Positions 51,326 through 60,730 of a stretch of 64,000 nucleotides of DNA are shown here, in pieces (positions within the stretch are counted from its first letter, which is position 1; the number at the start of each line of letters is the position of its first letter). The stretch spans positions 124,001 to 188,000 of IMG/VR virus record IMGVR_UViG_3300035698_035366, one strand, 5' to 3'. Both the position numbers and the translations under genes were made by a program. The notes below the pieces were generated by a model. The model made no database searches, was not told the origin of the DNA, and saw only the letters and a list, made by a program, of their open reading frames with translations.

Positions 51326-51757
51326 ATGACCGACTTCAATCTACCGCCAGAACGCCGGCTTGAAAATTGGCAGAATTTCAGGGAATCATTAAACACGCAA
51401 GACGATTTTACACAGTTAGAAAGTGTAGCAACATATTGGTCAATGGCCCCGATATTAAATTGGTATTTGGATGATGAGCATCCGGAAGAATGGCCAACCC
51501 CGTGGGAAATCATTTATGACGGAAATTATTGCTCAACAACTATTGCGTTTTTGATGAAGGAAACATTACGCCTATCTAATGGTGATAAATGGGAAAATAG
51601 CAGATTTTCAATTAAGTTTATCAAGGACTTAAAACATGATAAAATGGTGACCGCACTAATAGTAGACGATGAGTGGGTTTTGAATTATGATTGGTCTAAA
51701 GTAATAAATTGGTCAAGTATTGCTTCTCATGTTACAATAATCAATTCAATAGAATAA
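51326..51757 (+). CDS. Hypothetical protein (weak transglutaminase-like pattern)
   Basis: PWEIIYDGNYC…TL…VDDEWVLNY. Confidence 0.55.
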   Translation: MTDFNLPPERRLENWQNFRESLNTQDDFTQLESVATYWSMAPILNWYLDDEHPEEWPTPWEIIYDGNYCSTTIAFLMKETLRLSNGDKWENSRFSIKFIKDLKHDKMVTALIVDDEWVLNYDWSKVINWSSIASHVTIINSIE

Positions 51758-51955
51758 ATTAATTTAGCTTTGTATTTTTGTAATAACGTTGTAGTTTAAC
51801 TACGAATATTTGATTAATAAATAACTTTAATCAACAACTGATAGAATTACTTGGAAAATCCAAATATAAGTGGCAATCGACCAGAATTAATATTGATTGA
51901 ACAGTGGTTTTATCTTATAATACATAGAAATTATAAGAAAGGATAGCAAGTAAAA

Positions 51956-54256
51956 ATGAAAGTAAGAAAAAGAACAGGGGAACTGGTTGAGCTAGATATC
52001 AATAAAATGCATAAGGTTGTATACTGGGCGACAGAGGGAATCGCTGGCGTATCTGCATCTGAAGTCGAATTGAAATCTCATTTGCAATTTTACGAAGGTA
52101 TTGAAACGAGCAATATACAGGAAACTTTGATCAAAGCCGCTGCTGATTTGATTACGGAGGAAACACCGAATTATCAGTTTGTTGCTGGTAGATTGATTTC
52201 ATATCATTTGCGGAAACAGGTTTATAATCAATATGAACCATGGCATTTATATGATCTCGTTAAAAAGAATGTTGATATTGGATTCTATGATCCTGAACTT
52301 CTTGAGACCTATACCGAAGATGATTTCAATAAACTAAACTCATATATCAACCATGACCGGGATATGAATTTAACATATGTCGCAATGGAACAGTTTCGTG
52401 GTAAGTACCTAGTACAAAACCGAGTAACGGGTAAAATATTCGAAACACCGCAAATGTCATATATTTTAATTGCTGCTTCATTGTTTTCTGATTACCCAGT
52501 CGAAACAAGAATGCAATATATTCGAGAATATTATAATGCCATTTCAACATTTGCTATCAGCTTACCAACTCCGGTTATGGCCGGTGTTCGTACACCACAA
52601 CGCCAATTTTCCTCTTGCGTTTTGATTGAGACCGATGACAGTTTGGATTCAATTAGTGCAACTTCAGCAGCTATTGTTCGTTATGTTTCCCAAAAGGCGG
52701 GTATTGGTATTGGTGCGGGCCGAATCCGCGCCATTAATTCACCTATTCGTAATGGCGATGCATATCACACTGGTGTTATTCCTTTCTATAAAATGTTTCA
52801 GGCGGCTGTTAAAAGTTGCTCACAGGGCGGTGTAAGGCGCGCCGCCGCCACATTATATTATCCAGTGTGGCATTTAGAAGTCGAAGATTTGCTTGTATTA
52901 AAGAACAATAAGGGCACTGAAGATAACCGTGTTCGTCAACTTGATTATGGGGTCCAATTTAGTAAGCTCTTTTATGAACGGCTTATTAAAGGTGAAAACA
53001 TAACATTGTTCAGTCCAAAAGATGTTCCTGGATTATATGATGCCTTTTTCAACGATGAAGAACTATTTCGTAAATTATATGAAGAGGCCGAAAATGATTC
53101 AACATTACGGAAAAAGACAATCAAAGCAAATGATTTGTTTACTTCTTTCATGCAGGAAAGAAAAGATACGGGTCGCATATACTTGATGAATGTAGATAAT
53201 GCAAACCAACATTCTTCTTTCGATGAAAAAGTTGCTCCGATTTATATGTCCAATCTTTGCTGCGAGATAACGCTTCCAACAAAGCCCTTGAATGATATAA
53301 ATGACCCGGATGGCCGAATAGCCCTCTGTACACTCTCAGCAATTAATTGGGGTGTTATTAAAAACCCTGAAGATTTTGCAAAACCATGTGATCTAGCAAT
53401 CCGTGGACTTGATGCATTATTGGATTACCAAAAATATCCTGTATTGGCTGCACAATTACATTCAATTGAATGGCGCCCACTCGGTGTTGGTATAATTAAT
53501 CTTGCATACTTTCTAGCAAAAAATGATACCAATTATACCAACCCAAATTTGGAATTAGTTGACGAATATGCAGAAGCTTGGAGTTATTATCTAACTAAGG
53601 CAAGTGCTGATTTGGCTACTGAAAAGGGTGCATGTTTGTCAAATAATAATACCAAATATAGTAGGGGTATTTTACCTATTGATACACGTAAACCAGCAGT
53701 GGATGAACTGGTTCCGTATAAAGAACGTATGCCGTGGGAAGAGTTGCGTCAACAATTGAAAGAAACAGGGATTAGAAATGCAACGTTAATGGCTCTTATG
53801 CCAGCAGAAACATCAGCGCAAATTAGTAATTCGACCAATGGTGTTGAACCACCCCGTTCATATGTTAGTATTAAGCAAAGCAAGCACGGTGTTTTGAAGC
53901 AAGTTGTTCCAGAATTTCGCCGCCTGAAAAACAAATATGAATTACTTTGGGATCAGGAAAGCCCTGAGGGCTATTTGAAGATCATGGCTGTATTACAAAA
54001 ATATGTTGACCAAGCAATTAGTGTAAATACATCATATAACCCAAAATTCTATGAAGATGAAAAAATTCCGATGTCGGAAATGTTGAAGCACCTTTTGATG
54101 TTTTATAAGTACGGAGGGAAACAACTCTATTATTTCCAGACACATGACGGCGCCGGAGAAATTGATTTCGGTGATATTGAAACAAGTGACACATCCAATC
54201 TAGAAGTATTAACCTCACTTGATGATGAGGAAGGTTGTGATAGTTGTATTTTATAA
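51956..54256 (+). CDS. nrdA: Class Ia ribonucleotide reductase alpha subunit
   Basis: ATP cone VRKRTG, PTPVMAG, FSSCVL, SNLCCEI, MPAETS, KQLYY, C-terminal CDSC. Confidence 0.97.
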   Translation: MKVRKRTGELVELDINKMHKVVYWATEGIAGVSASEVELKSHLQFYEGIETSNIQETLIKAAADLITEETPNYQFVAGRLISYHLRKQVYNQYEPWHLYDLVKKNVDIGFYDPELLETYTEDDFNKLNSYINHDRDMNLTYVAMEQFRGKYLVQNRVTGKIFETPQMSYILIAASLFSDYPVETRMQYIREYYNAISTFAISLPTPVMAGVRTPQRQFSSCVLIETDDSLDSISATSAAIVRYVSQKAGIGIGAGRIRAINSPIRNGDAYHTGVIPFYKMFQAAVKSCSQGGVRRAAATLYYPVWHLEVEDLLVLKNNKGTEDNRVRQLDYGVQFSKLFYERLIKGENITLFSPKDVPGLYDAFFNDEELFRKLYEEAENDSTLRKKTIKANDLFTSFMQERKDTGRIYLMNVDNANQHSSFDEKVAPIYMSNLCCEITLPTKPLNDINDPDGRIALCTLSAINWGVIKNPEDFAKPCDLAIRGLDALLDYQKYPVLAAQLHSIEWRPLGVGIINLAYFLAKNDTNYTNPNLELVDEYAEAWSYYLTKASADLATEKGACLSNNNTKYSRGILPIDTRKPAVDELVPYKERMPWEELRQQLKETGIRNATLMALMPAETSAQISNSTNGVEPPRSYVSIKQSKHGVLKQVVPEFRRLKNKYELLWDQESPEGYLKIMAVLQKYVDQAISVNTSYNPKFYEDEKIPMSEMLKHLLMFYKYGGKQLYYFQTHDGAGEIDFGDIETSDTSNLEVLTSLDDEEGCDSCIL

Positions 54257-54276
54257 GGTAGATGGATTAACCAATA

Positions 54277-55416
54277 ATGAAAAAGTTTAGCGTTTTCAAT
54301 ACTAATAATCATTCCGATCATACAAAAAATAAAGCTTTTCTTGATGAATCTGGATCAATAACATTACAGAGGTATGAGTCTTTAAAATACCGACAGTTTG
54401 ATAAGCTTACAGATAAATCATTGGGTTTTTTCTGGAGACCAGAAGAGGTTGACGTGGTCGGTGATTCGAAAGATTTTAAAGAACTCAATGAGCATGAACG
54501 TCATATTTTTACATCAAACCTAAAACGACAAATACTTCTAGATTCTGTACAAGGTAGATCACCCAATTTGGCATTCTTACCAATTGTAAGTGTTCCTGAA
54601 ATTGAAGCATTTATTGAAACATGGGCATTCTTTGAGACAATTCATAGTCGAGCATATACGCATATCATCCGTAATGTTTATTCGAACCCAAGTAAGGTGT
54701 TTGATGAAATGATGGACTTGGAAGAAATTGTAAAATGTTCAAAGGATATATCGGTACATTACGATGAATTAATAGAATTATCAAATTGGTATAGATTGCT
54801 TGGCGAAGGAACACATACCGTCAATGGTGAAAAAATACCAGTTAAGCTATATGACTTAAAGAAATTGTTATGGCTTGCAATCATGAGCGTTAACATATTG
54901 GAAGGAGTACGTTTTTATGTGAGTTTTGCATGTTCATGGGCGTTCGCAGAATTAAAGAAGATGGAAGGAAACGCAAAACTCATTAAATTTATTGCTAGAG
55001 ATGAAAATGTTCATCTTGCAGCAACGCAACAATTAATAAAAATCTTACCACAAGACGACCCAGATTTTATAAAGATTAGAAAAGAAACAATGGATCAATG
55101 TACTGAAATGTATGTTGAAGCTGTTAGTCAAGAAAAAGATTGGGCCAAATTTCTATTTAACGATGGATCAATGATTGGACTCAACGAATTATTACTATCT
55201 GAATATATTGAATGGATTGCTTCAAAGAGAATGCAAGCAGTGGGGATAAAAAGCCCATATAGCGTGCCACAAGCAAATCCATTACCCTGGACACAGAAGT
55301 GGATCTCAGGAAGTGAAGTACAGGTAGCACCACAAGAAACTGAAATATCAAGCTATGTCATTGGTGGAACCAAGCAAGACGTAGATGAAGATACATTTAA
55401 AGGATTTGAACTATGA
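54277..55416 (+). CDS. nrdB: Class Ia ribonucleotide reductase beta subunit
   Basis: FFWRPEE, LDSVQGR, ETIHSRAY, EGVRFY, RDENVH. Confidence 0.97.
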   Translation: MKKFSVFNTNNHSDHTKNKAFLDESGSITLQRYESLKYRQFDKLTDKSLGFFWRPEEVDVVGDSKDFKELNEHERHIFTSNLKRQILLDSVQGRSPNLAFLPIVSVPEIEAFIETWAFFETIHSRAYTHIIRNVYSNPSKVFDEMMDLEEIVKCSKDISVHYDELIELSNWYRLLGEGTHTVNGEKIPVKLYDLKKLLWLAIMSVNILEGVRFYVSFACSWAFAELKKMEGNAKLIKFIARDENVHLAATQQLIKILPQDDPDFIKIRKETMDQCTEMYVEAVSQEKDWAKFLFNDGSMIGLNELLLSEYIEWIASKRMQAVGIKSPYSVPQANPLPWTQKWISGSEVQVAPQETEISSYVIGGTKQDVDEDTFKGFEL

Positions 55417-55670
55417 TTACATTATACACAAAAAACAATTGCCCGTATTGCAAAATGACTAAAACCTTATTAGGAGAAAACGGTCTTTCTTTCAGAGAAA
55501 TTAACATTGAGGAAATACATACTGCCCGAGAGTTCTTGATCGAAAATGGTCACAAAACTGTCCCACAAATTTATTTCAATAATGAAATATTAGTTGAAGG
55601 CGGTTTTACAGGTTTATCTAACGTTGATTTTGACCTATTAAAGCAGCGAGTTTTTGTCGAGGCGGCTTAA
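55413..55670 (+). CDS. Glutaredoxin
   Basis: CPYC and TVPQI. Confidence 0.92.
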   Translation: MITLYTKNNCPYCKMTKTLLGENGLSFREINIEEIHTAREFLIENGHKTVPQIYFNNEILVEGGFTGLSNVDFDLLKQRVFVEAA

Positions 55671-56029
55671 TGGATGAAATGCAAAATCCAGTTTATGTAT
55701 ATCAAGGAAGCCGAATATCCGTAGGGCAAAAATTTAAATTGGATATTGAGACGGGTGATTCTTGGTTTGAATTAGATGCTACTTTAAGCAAAATTTTAGT
55801 AGGTCATACTATTGTACAAATAAATCATGGACAATTACTACAATTAGTTAAGTCATCTGAATTCCAAGACCACATGTATGAAACTTCATATAGAGATTGG
55901 TATAACAAACGTTTATTAGATCGAAACCCAACGGCACCATCGACGGTAGTTAATAACGCAAAGACGCAAGACACACTTACCGACCTTAATGGATTAGGTG
56001 CGCTGGGGGTTCGAATTCAACGACATTGA
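55670..56029 (+). CDS. Hypothetical protein
   Basis: 119-aa coupled ORF. Confidence 0.55.
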   Translation: MDEMQNPVYVYQGSRISVGQKFKLDIETGDSWFELDATLSKILVGHTIVQINHGQLLQLVKSSEFQDHMYETSYRDWYNKRLLDRNPTAPSTVVNNAKTQDTLTDLNGLGALGVRIQRH

Positions 56030-56040
56030 AAGGAATAAAC

Positions 56041-56394
56041 ATGCTAGAAATTAAATCCCAAAAATTAAAAACAACTGACATCGCAGTTCTAAAATTAAAT
56101 TCCGGAGAAGAAGTTATTGGTCGTGTTACCAATATTGCCAATGGCTCCATTACGATTACCAAGCCTGGAACCCTTGGACCAGTTCAAACTGCACAAGGAA
56201 TTACAATAGCAATGCAGCCATTTATGTTTGGTGTAGATGCAGATGGATCATTTGTATTCACTTCTGACAAATATATCGTTGCGCTACCAGCAATGAAACA
56301 AGCGGCAGATATGTATACCAAGCAGACATCAAGTATTCAGTCAGCATCGTCCGTTGACCTTTCGGGAATTGATTTATCAAATTTAAAAACTTGA
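56041..56394 (+). CDS. Hypothetical protein (Sm-like beta pattern)
   Basis: VLKLNSGEEVIGRV. ATG 56041 follows AAGGA. Confidence 0.6.
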   Translation: MLEIKSQKLKTTDIAVLKLNSGEEVIGRVTNIANGSITITKPGTLGPVQTAQGITIAMQPFMFGVDADGSFVFTSDKYIVALPAMKQAADMYTKQTSSIQSASSVDLSGIDLSNLKT

Positions 56395-56418
56395 CAATGA
56401 CCACAATTGTGTTATAAT
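56391..56418 (+). promoter_or_regulatory. Sigma70-type promoter
   Basis: TTGACA-16 nt-TATAAT with extended TG. Confidence 0.7.
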
Positions 56419-56569
56419 AAAACTATAGAAGGAAACAAATGATGAAAATATTTCTAGTATCTATAATTTTGATGTCTTTGATGATGGCTACTGGTTTAGT
56501 TGTCAATAATGATGTTTTTGCAGCTAGGGTTATTGGACCGTCAATTTAATTTGCTTTTAGGAGGATATT

Positions 56570-57385
56570 GTGGATAAAACTCCCCTTGGTGATCGCATGA
56601 AAGCGTATGAAAATCAGGAAACTGGACGCAAATTAATGCCTGGACTTCCTGTTTATGCACGAGTAGATGGGCGAAGTTTCAGTAATTTTACAAAGAAATT
56701 TAAACGACCATTTGATTATGATATGTCGGCTATGATGGTCGCAACCACAAAATACCTAGTTGAAGAAACTCATGCTATCGTTGGTTATACCCAAAGCGAT
56801 GAGATTAGCCTTGCGTGGTTACCAAGCGAAGATCAAAATAACATGATTTTTGCAGGGAAGATTTTCAAATTGGTTAGTAACATTGCATCACTAGCAACGG
56901 TTAAGTTTAACCATTTGGGCGTTAACAGTGAAAACAAAGAAATTCTAAAGGCAACGTATTCTAAATTACCAACCTTTGATTGTCGAGTATGTCAAATACC
57001 CGATGAGGATGAACTCCTGAGCATGTTTATTTGGCGTGAACGGGATGCAATGAAAAATGCAGTTAGTATGGCAGCATCCGCCTATTTCTCCCACAAGTCA
57101 TTGAATGGTCTCACTGGTTCAGAAAAGCAGGAAAGGCTTTTTCAAGAAAAGGGGATTAATTTTAACGATTATCCGTCATTCTTCAAGCGTGGAACTTATG
57201 TTCGTCGTGTCAATGTTGAACGTCATCTCACCGATTATGAGATGGAAGACATTCCAGAACAACATCGTCCAACTGGTCCAGTTATTCGAAGTAAAATTGT
57301 TAGTCTTGATATTCCACCAGTTGCAAAATTGGATAATGCAAAGACTGTATTGTTTGGTGATCTTCCTTCATCTTGCTATAAATAA
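56570..57385 (+). CDS. tRNA(His) guanylyltransferase / Thg1-like protein
   Basis: RMKAYE, ARVDGRSF…RPFD, YTQSDEIS, FDCR, WRERDA…N. Confidence 0.9.
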   Translation: MDKTPLGDRMKAYENQETGRKLMPGLPVYARVDGRSFSNFTKKFKRPFDYDMSAMMVATTKYLVEETHAIVGYTQSDEISLAWLPSEDQNNMIFAGKIFKLVSNIASLATVKFNHLGVNSENKEILKATYSKLPTFDCRVCQIPDEDELLSMFIWRERDAMKNAVSMAASAYFSHKSLNGLTGSEKQERLFQEKGINFNDYPSFFKRGTYVRRVNVERHLTDYEMEDIPEQHRPTGPVIRSKIVSLDIPPVAKLDNAKTVLFGDLPSSCYK

Positions 57386-57394
57386 GTAAAGAAC

Positions 57395-57559
57395 ATGAGA
57401 AACTTAGTTAAGTATCCGTTGACTCTAGATGAAATAGAGAAATATTTGGAAGATCAAATGAATCAATTGCAAAATTTGGAAGAGAGACCAATTGGCAGCA
57501 TGGAACCATTAATTTTACAAACCTTGTTATCGTGGGTTAAAGAGAAGAAAGAGGGGTAA
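57395..57559 (+). CDS. Small hypothetical protein (54 aa, not in the ORF track)
   Basis: MRNLVKYPLTLDEIEK…KEG* fills the gap after TATAAATA (57377). Confidence 0.45.
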   Translation: MRNLVKYPLTLDEIEKYLEDQMNQLQNLEERPIGSMEPLILQTLLSWVKEKKEG

Positions 57560-57563
57560 GTTA

Positions 57564-58016
57564 ATGGAATGGGAACAATTACAACCTTCACAATTGCAAG
57601 AACTCGTTGATTACGAAGTTGGTATTTTTGATGAACCTGACCGAAGCACTGTTCAAGAATATCTTAACCATATAAAAACAAATAATTTACATATTCACGT
57701 ATTGCGTGACTCTTCCGGAATTATTGGTTGTTATCAAATATTACCTGAAGAAGATCGGGTTTTTATGTGTGGTTTCTCCATACATCCAAATCATCGCGGT
57801 GGGGATTTATCTAGAATACTTATGAATCATCTTATCCACAATTACCTTGATCAAGGGATTGTTTGTAAAACATTAGCCAATCATCCAGCAATGCGCAAAA
57901 TATTGAATTCATCTGGTTGGAAAAATGATCTAGATAAATTTGAAAAGGGAATTTTGTGGAGTTGGTGGTATATCAATAATGATACCATTGCTAAAAAAGC
58001 TGGCTTGAAGCCTTAA
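57564..58016 (+). CDS. GNAT-family acetyltransferase
   Basis: FSIHPNHRGGDLS acetyl-CoA loop and N-H-P-A…L…SGW. Confidence 0.75.
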   Translation: MEWEQLQPSQLQELVDYEVGIFDEPDRSTVQEYLNHIKTNNLHIHVLRDSSGIIGCYQILPEEDRVFMCGFSIHPNHRGGDLSRILMNHLIHNYLDQGIVCKTLANHPAMRKILNSSGWKNDLDKFEKGILWSWWYINNDTIAKKAGLKP

Positions 58017-60697
58017 ATTTCTAGTTCTTTTGGAATTGGGATACCATCACCTTCTAAACGTTCTTTAAATCGCTGGAATACAATCTTACGCAATTCAATT
58101 GGTTTCTTTTTAAGTAACGGCATTATGGTTTCAACTCTATCTAGATCCGCGGCGGTTACATCAGTCTTTACATCACCAAACAAAAATTGGGCAATATCAT
58201 TTGGGTTATCCATAGACCACTTTTTTCCAAACTTATCAATTTCAACGCTGGTGAATTCTTTCTTAAAATTCTCTATGTCTACCGTCTGTTCACCCTTTAG
58301 TCTTGGCTTACTAGCAAGATCAACGCCTTGCTTAATTTCCTTTTTCGTAAGCTTTTTTCTTGGGCGCAATTTGGCGCGGATATTTAATCCAGTGCTTGGT
58401 GCAAAGGCTGGGCCAAATCGACCAACCAATTCATCATCTCCTTCATCATAGAAGATTTGGTTCATAGCACTAGCCATACTTGCTATTAATATCGTACGAA
58501 GAACACCTTTATATTTTGATTTATCACCCGCAGAATGATATCCAAATTTTAGGGTATTTGCATTACCAAACATAAAATCTACTTGCACCATGCCAGTGCG
58601 TTCTTTATCTGTTTGATCATTTATGCTTTCATCGTAACCAGCAATTTTCATTGGGAATGAAATGACCGCTCCGAGCCTTGGATTAAGACCGGCTTTTTTG
58701 AGTTCATTGAATACTTCTTGTTTATCATGCAACCCATCATCCAGCGCAATATCAATATCACCTGAGAATTTGGCCTTACCAACGGATCCAAGAGTACCAT
58801 TCTTAATTTCACTAAATGGTATATCAGCAGCCTTTGCGATTTCTTTTAACGTGGCGGGAATTTCCCCTATATAAATTGCACCACCCCCCTCAATAGCTCG
58901 ACCACCTTCCATAATTATAGATTCAGTAACGGACTCATGAGCAAGAAGAGCAATCAAATCATCCATTTGTTCTTCATCAAAATCACCAAGTTCAGAATAT
59001 TGTTTTTGCAATTCCGAGCGAATCTTATTAACTGCTAATGCAGTTTTTCCACGGCGTTTTGCATTGGTATAGAACGATCGTAGTTTGGTGAGCCTTCCAC
59101 CTTTTGATAGGTCAGTTGCAACTCTAGCGACATCATCGCCCTTGTTTGCCAAAGACTTACCAATTTTTATAGCACCTTGTCCTAGTTTACCAACACCACG
59201 TGCAAGAGCTGAAACTCCTTTACCAACACCTGAGATAATTCCTTCGTCGATATATTCCTCAGTTGTAATGGATGATAATTTATCACCAGCAAAAATTACA
59301 ATCAAATCTTCTGGTGTTTTAGCTGTTTTCAATGCTTTTAAATAATCAGCAAGTAATTCATGTGTTTCTGCAAATGTTTGTAATGTACGTTCTTTTACAC
59401 CTTCTTGATAATCTATGTTAGCATACTGACCAGTTTTGTTTTTGAAATTCTCTAAATTATCTAATAGTTCTTTGTTAGCTACCTTAACTTGTTGGACAAA
59501 AACCTTCTTAACTTTGGGGAAATTCATATCTGATGCTAGATTAACTGTTTGTTCTTCTGCACTGTTACCGAATTTTTTAGCATACCTCTTCGCTTGGGCA
59601 CCACTTAATGGACCATGACCCATTACATTGGCTACTTCATGTCGCATTTTCATAACAACTGATTCTGAGTTACGACTATCATAAATGTCGTTCCGAACTA
59701 GCCAATTATAATTATTGATTGAAGTGAAACCTTCTTTGTCTACGATTTTAGTCATTGCTCCTTCTTGATCTTTAGCAACGACCCCTTCGATCCAACCCCC
59801 GTTCTCAATATCAGGACCAAAGTCAGATTGTTGATTATGCACAAAAGCAGAAAGGAGTTGGTTTTTAATCTCCAGCTTGGATGACATTAATGCCTTTTTG
59901 ATTTCTTCTTGTTTTTCTTTTACCAGGGCCTTAATTTCTTTCCAATTGCCGTCACCAAGCCAATCTGGCTTTTTATTAAGTGGAATGGCAATAACTTCTT
60001 TAACTAAGAGTTCTTTTTCACCAACTTTGATATTTCTATCAAGTAAAACTTCTATCTTCTTAACTTCCTCATCTACTATCTGTTGAGCTTCTTCATTGCT
60101 CATTTGATCAGCACGTTTTTTTGGAACAACTGCAACGACCCATTCATGTTCCTCATCTCTACGATTAATGGAGATACCATTTTCAGTATATGGAACATTT
60201 TCAACTTGAACAGTTACTTCATGATCTTCCAGAACTTTGTTCATGTGTTCAAGAGATTTTCTAGCCTCATCACTGTCCTTTTCAGAGTCTTTTGAAAGTA
60301 AAATTATTTGGTTAATTTCACCACTATAAAGAACAGCATTTGGTAATTTTCCAAATAAAATCTCTACGGAGAAAACATCACCTGTTTGTATAATCTTTCG
60401 TTTACGTAATGGAGTCATTAATTTCTTTAGGGCATCATGCGCAGAACGAAAACCAGTCGACATAAATTTAGTTCCCCATTCATCTCCATTACGAATCCGT
60501 CGATCGTCACCTTTGTTTTCCCTACTTGTAAAAAACCCGTCATCATCGAAGCCAAATCTCATAGCGGCACCATCGACTTTTTCGGAGATTTCCCATGAAT
60601 TGAGGTTCTTTACAGCTCGAAGAAACTCATCCTCGCTTAGATCCTCAATATGGGTAATACCCTCGTTTAGATCTACATATAATTCGTTGAGTATCAT
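58013..60697 (-). CDS. Polyprotein: RNA/DNA-ligase-like adenylation domain + Pol-beta-family nucleotidyltransferase domain
   Basis: ISEKVDG (motif I), EGVVAK (IV), KIVDK (V); later LGSVGK…SGDIDIA and VQVDFM. Domains are bounded by LNE|G, IDE|G and IME|G. Confidence 0.7.
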   Translation of the reverse strand: MILNELYVDLNEGITHIEDLSEDEFLRAVKNLNSWEISEKVDGAAMRFGFDDDGFFTSRENKGDDRRIRNGDEWGTKFMSTGFRSAHDALKKLMTPLRKRKIIQTGDVFSVEILFGKLPNAVLYSGEINQIILLSKDSEKDSDEARKSLEHMNKVLEDHEVTVQVENVPYTENGISINRRDEEHEWVVAVVPKKRADQMSNEEAQQIVDEEVKKIEVLLDRNIKVGEKELLVKEVIAIPLNKKPDWLGDGNWKEIKALVKEKQEEIKKALMSSKLEIKNQLLSAFVHNQQSDFGPDIENGGWIEGVVAKDQEGAMTKIVDKEGFTSINNYNWLVRNDIYDSRNSESVVMKMRHEVANVMGHGPLSGAQAKRYAKKFGNSAEEQTVNLASDMNFPKVKKVFVQQVKVANKELLDNLENFKNKTGQYANIDYQEGVKERTLQTFAETHELLADYLKALKTAKTPEDLIVIFAGDKLSSITTEEYIDEGIISGVGKGVSALARGVGKLGQGAIKIGKSLANKGDDVARVATDLSKGGRLTKLRSFYTNAKRRGKTALAVNKIRSELQKQYSELGDFDEEQMDDLIALLAHESVTESIIMEGGRAIEGGGAIYIGEIPATLKEIAKAADIPFSEIKNGTLGSVGKAKFSGDIDIALDDGLHDKQEVFNELKKAGLNPRLGAVISFPMKIAGYDESINDQTDKERTGMVQVDFMFGNANTLKFGYHSAGDKSKYKGVLRTILIASMASAMNQIFYDEGDDELVGRFGPAFAPSTGLNIRAKLRPRKKLTKKEIKQGVDLASKPRLKGEQTVDIENFKKEFTSVEIDKFGKKWSMDNPNDIAQFLFGDVKTDVTAADLDRVETIMPLLKKKPIELRKIVFQRFKERLEGDGIPIPKELEI

Positions 60698-60722
60698 GTT
60701 TGTGCCTTTAATTATGTGCTAT

Positions 60723-60730
60723 TATTTAGC
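60723..60730 (-). promoter_or_regulatory. Late-promoter variant GCTAAATA
   Basis: Upstream of the ligase/NTase polyprotein. The same 8-mer lies upstream of genes at 2556, 28878, 32886, 37522 and 48827. Confidence 0.55.

Noticed and set aside
56440-56548. Possible ~35-aa hydrophobic ORF after the sigma70 promoter at 56391
   Set aside because: Has an RBS-like AAGGA but is too short to support without conservation data.
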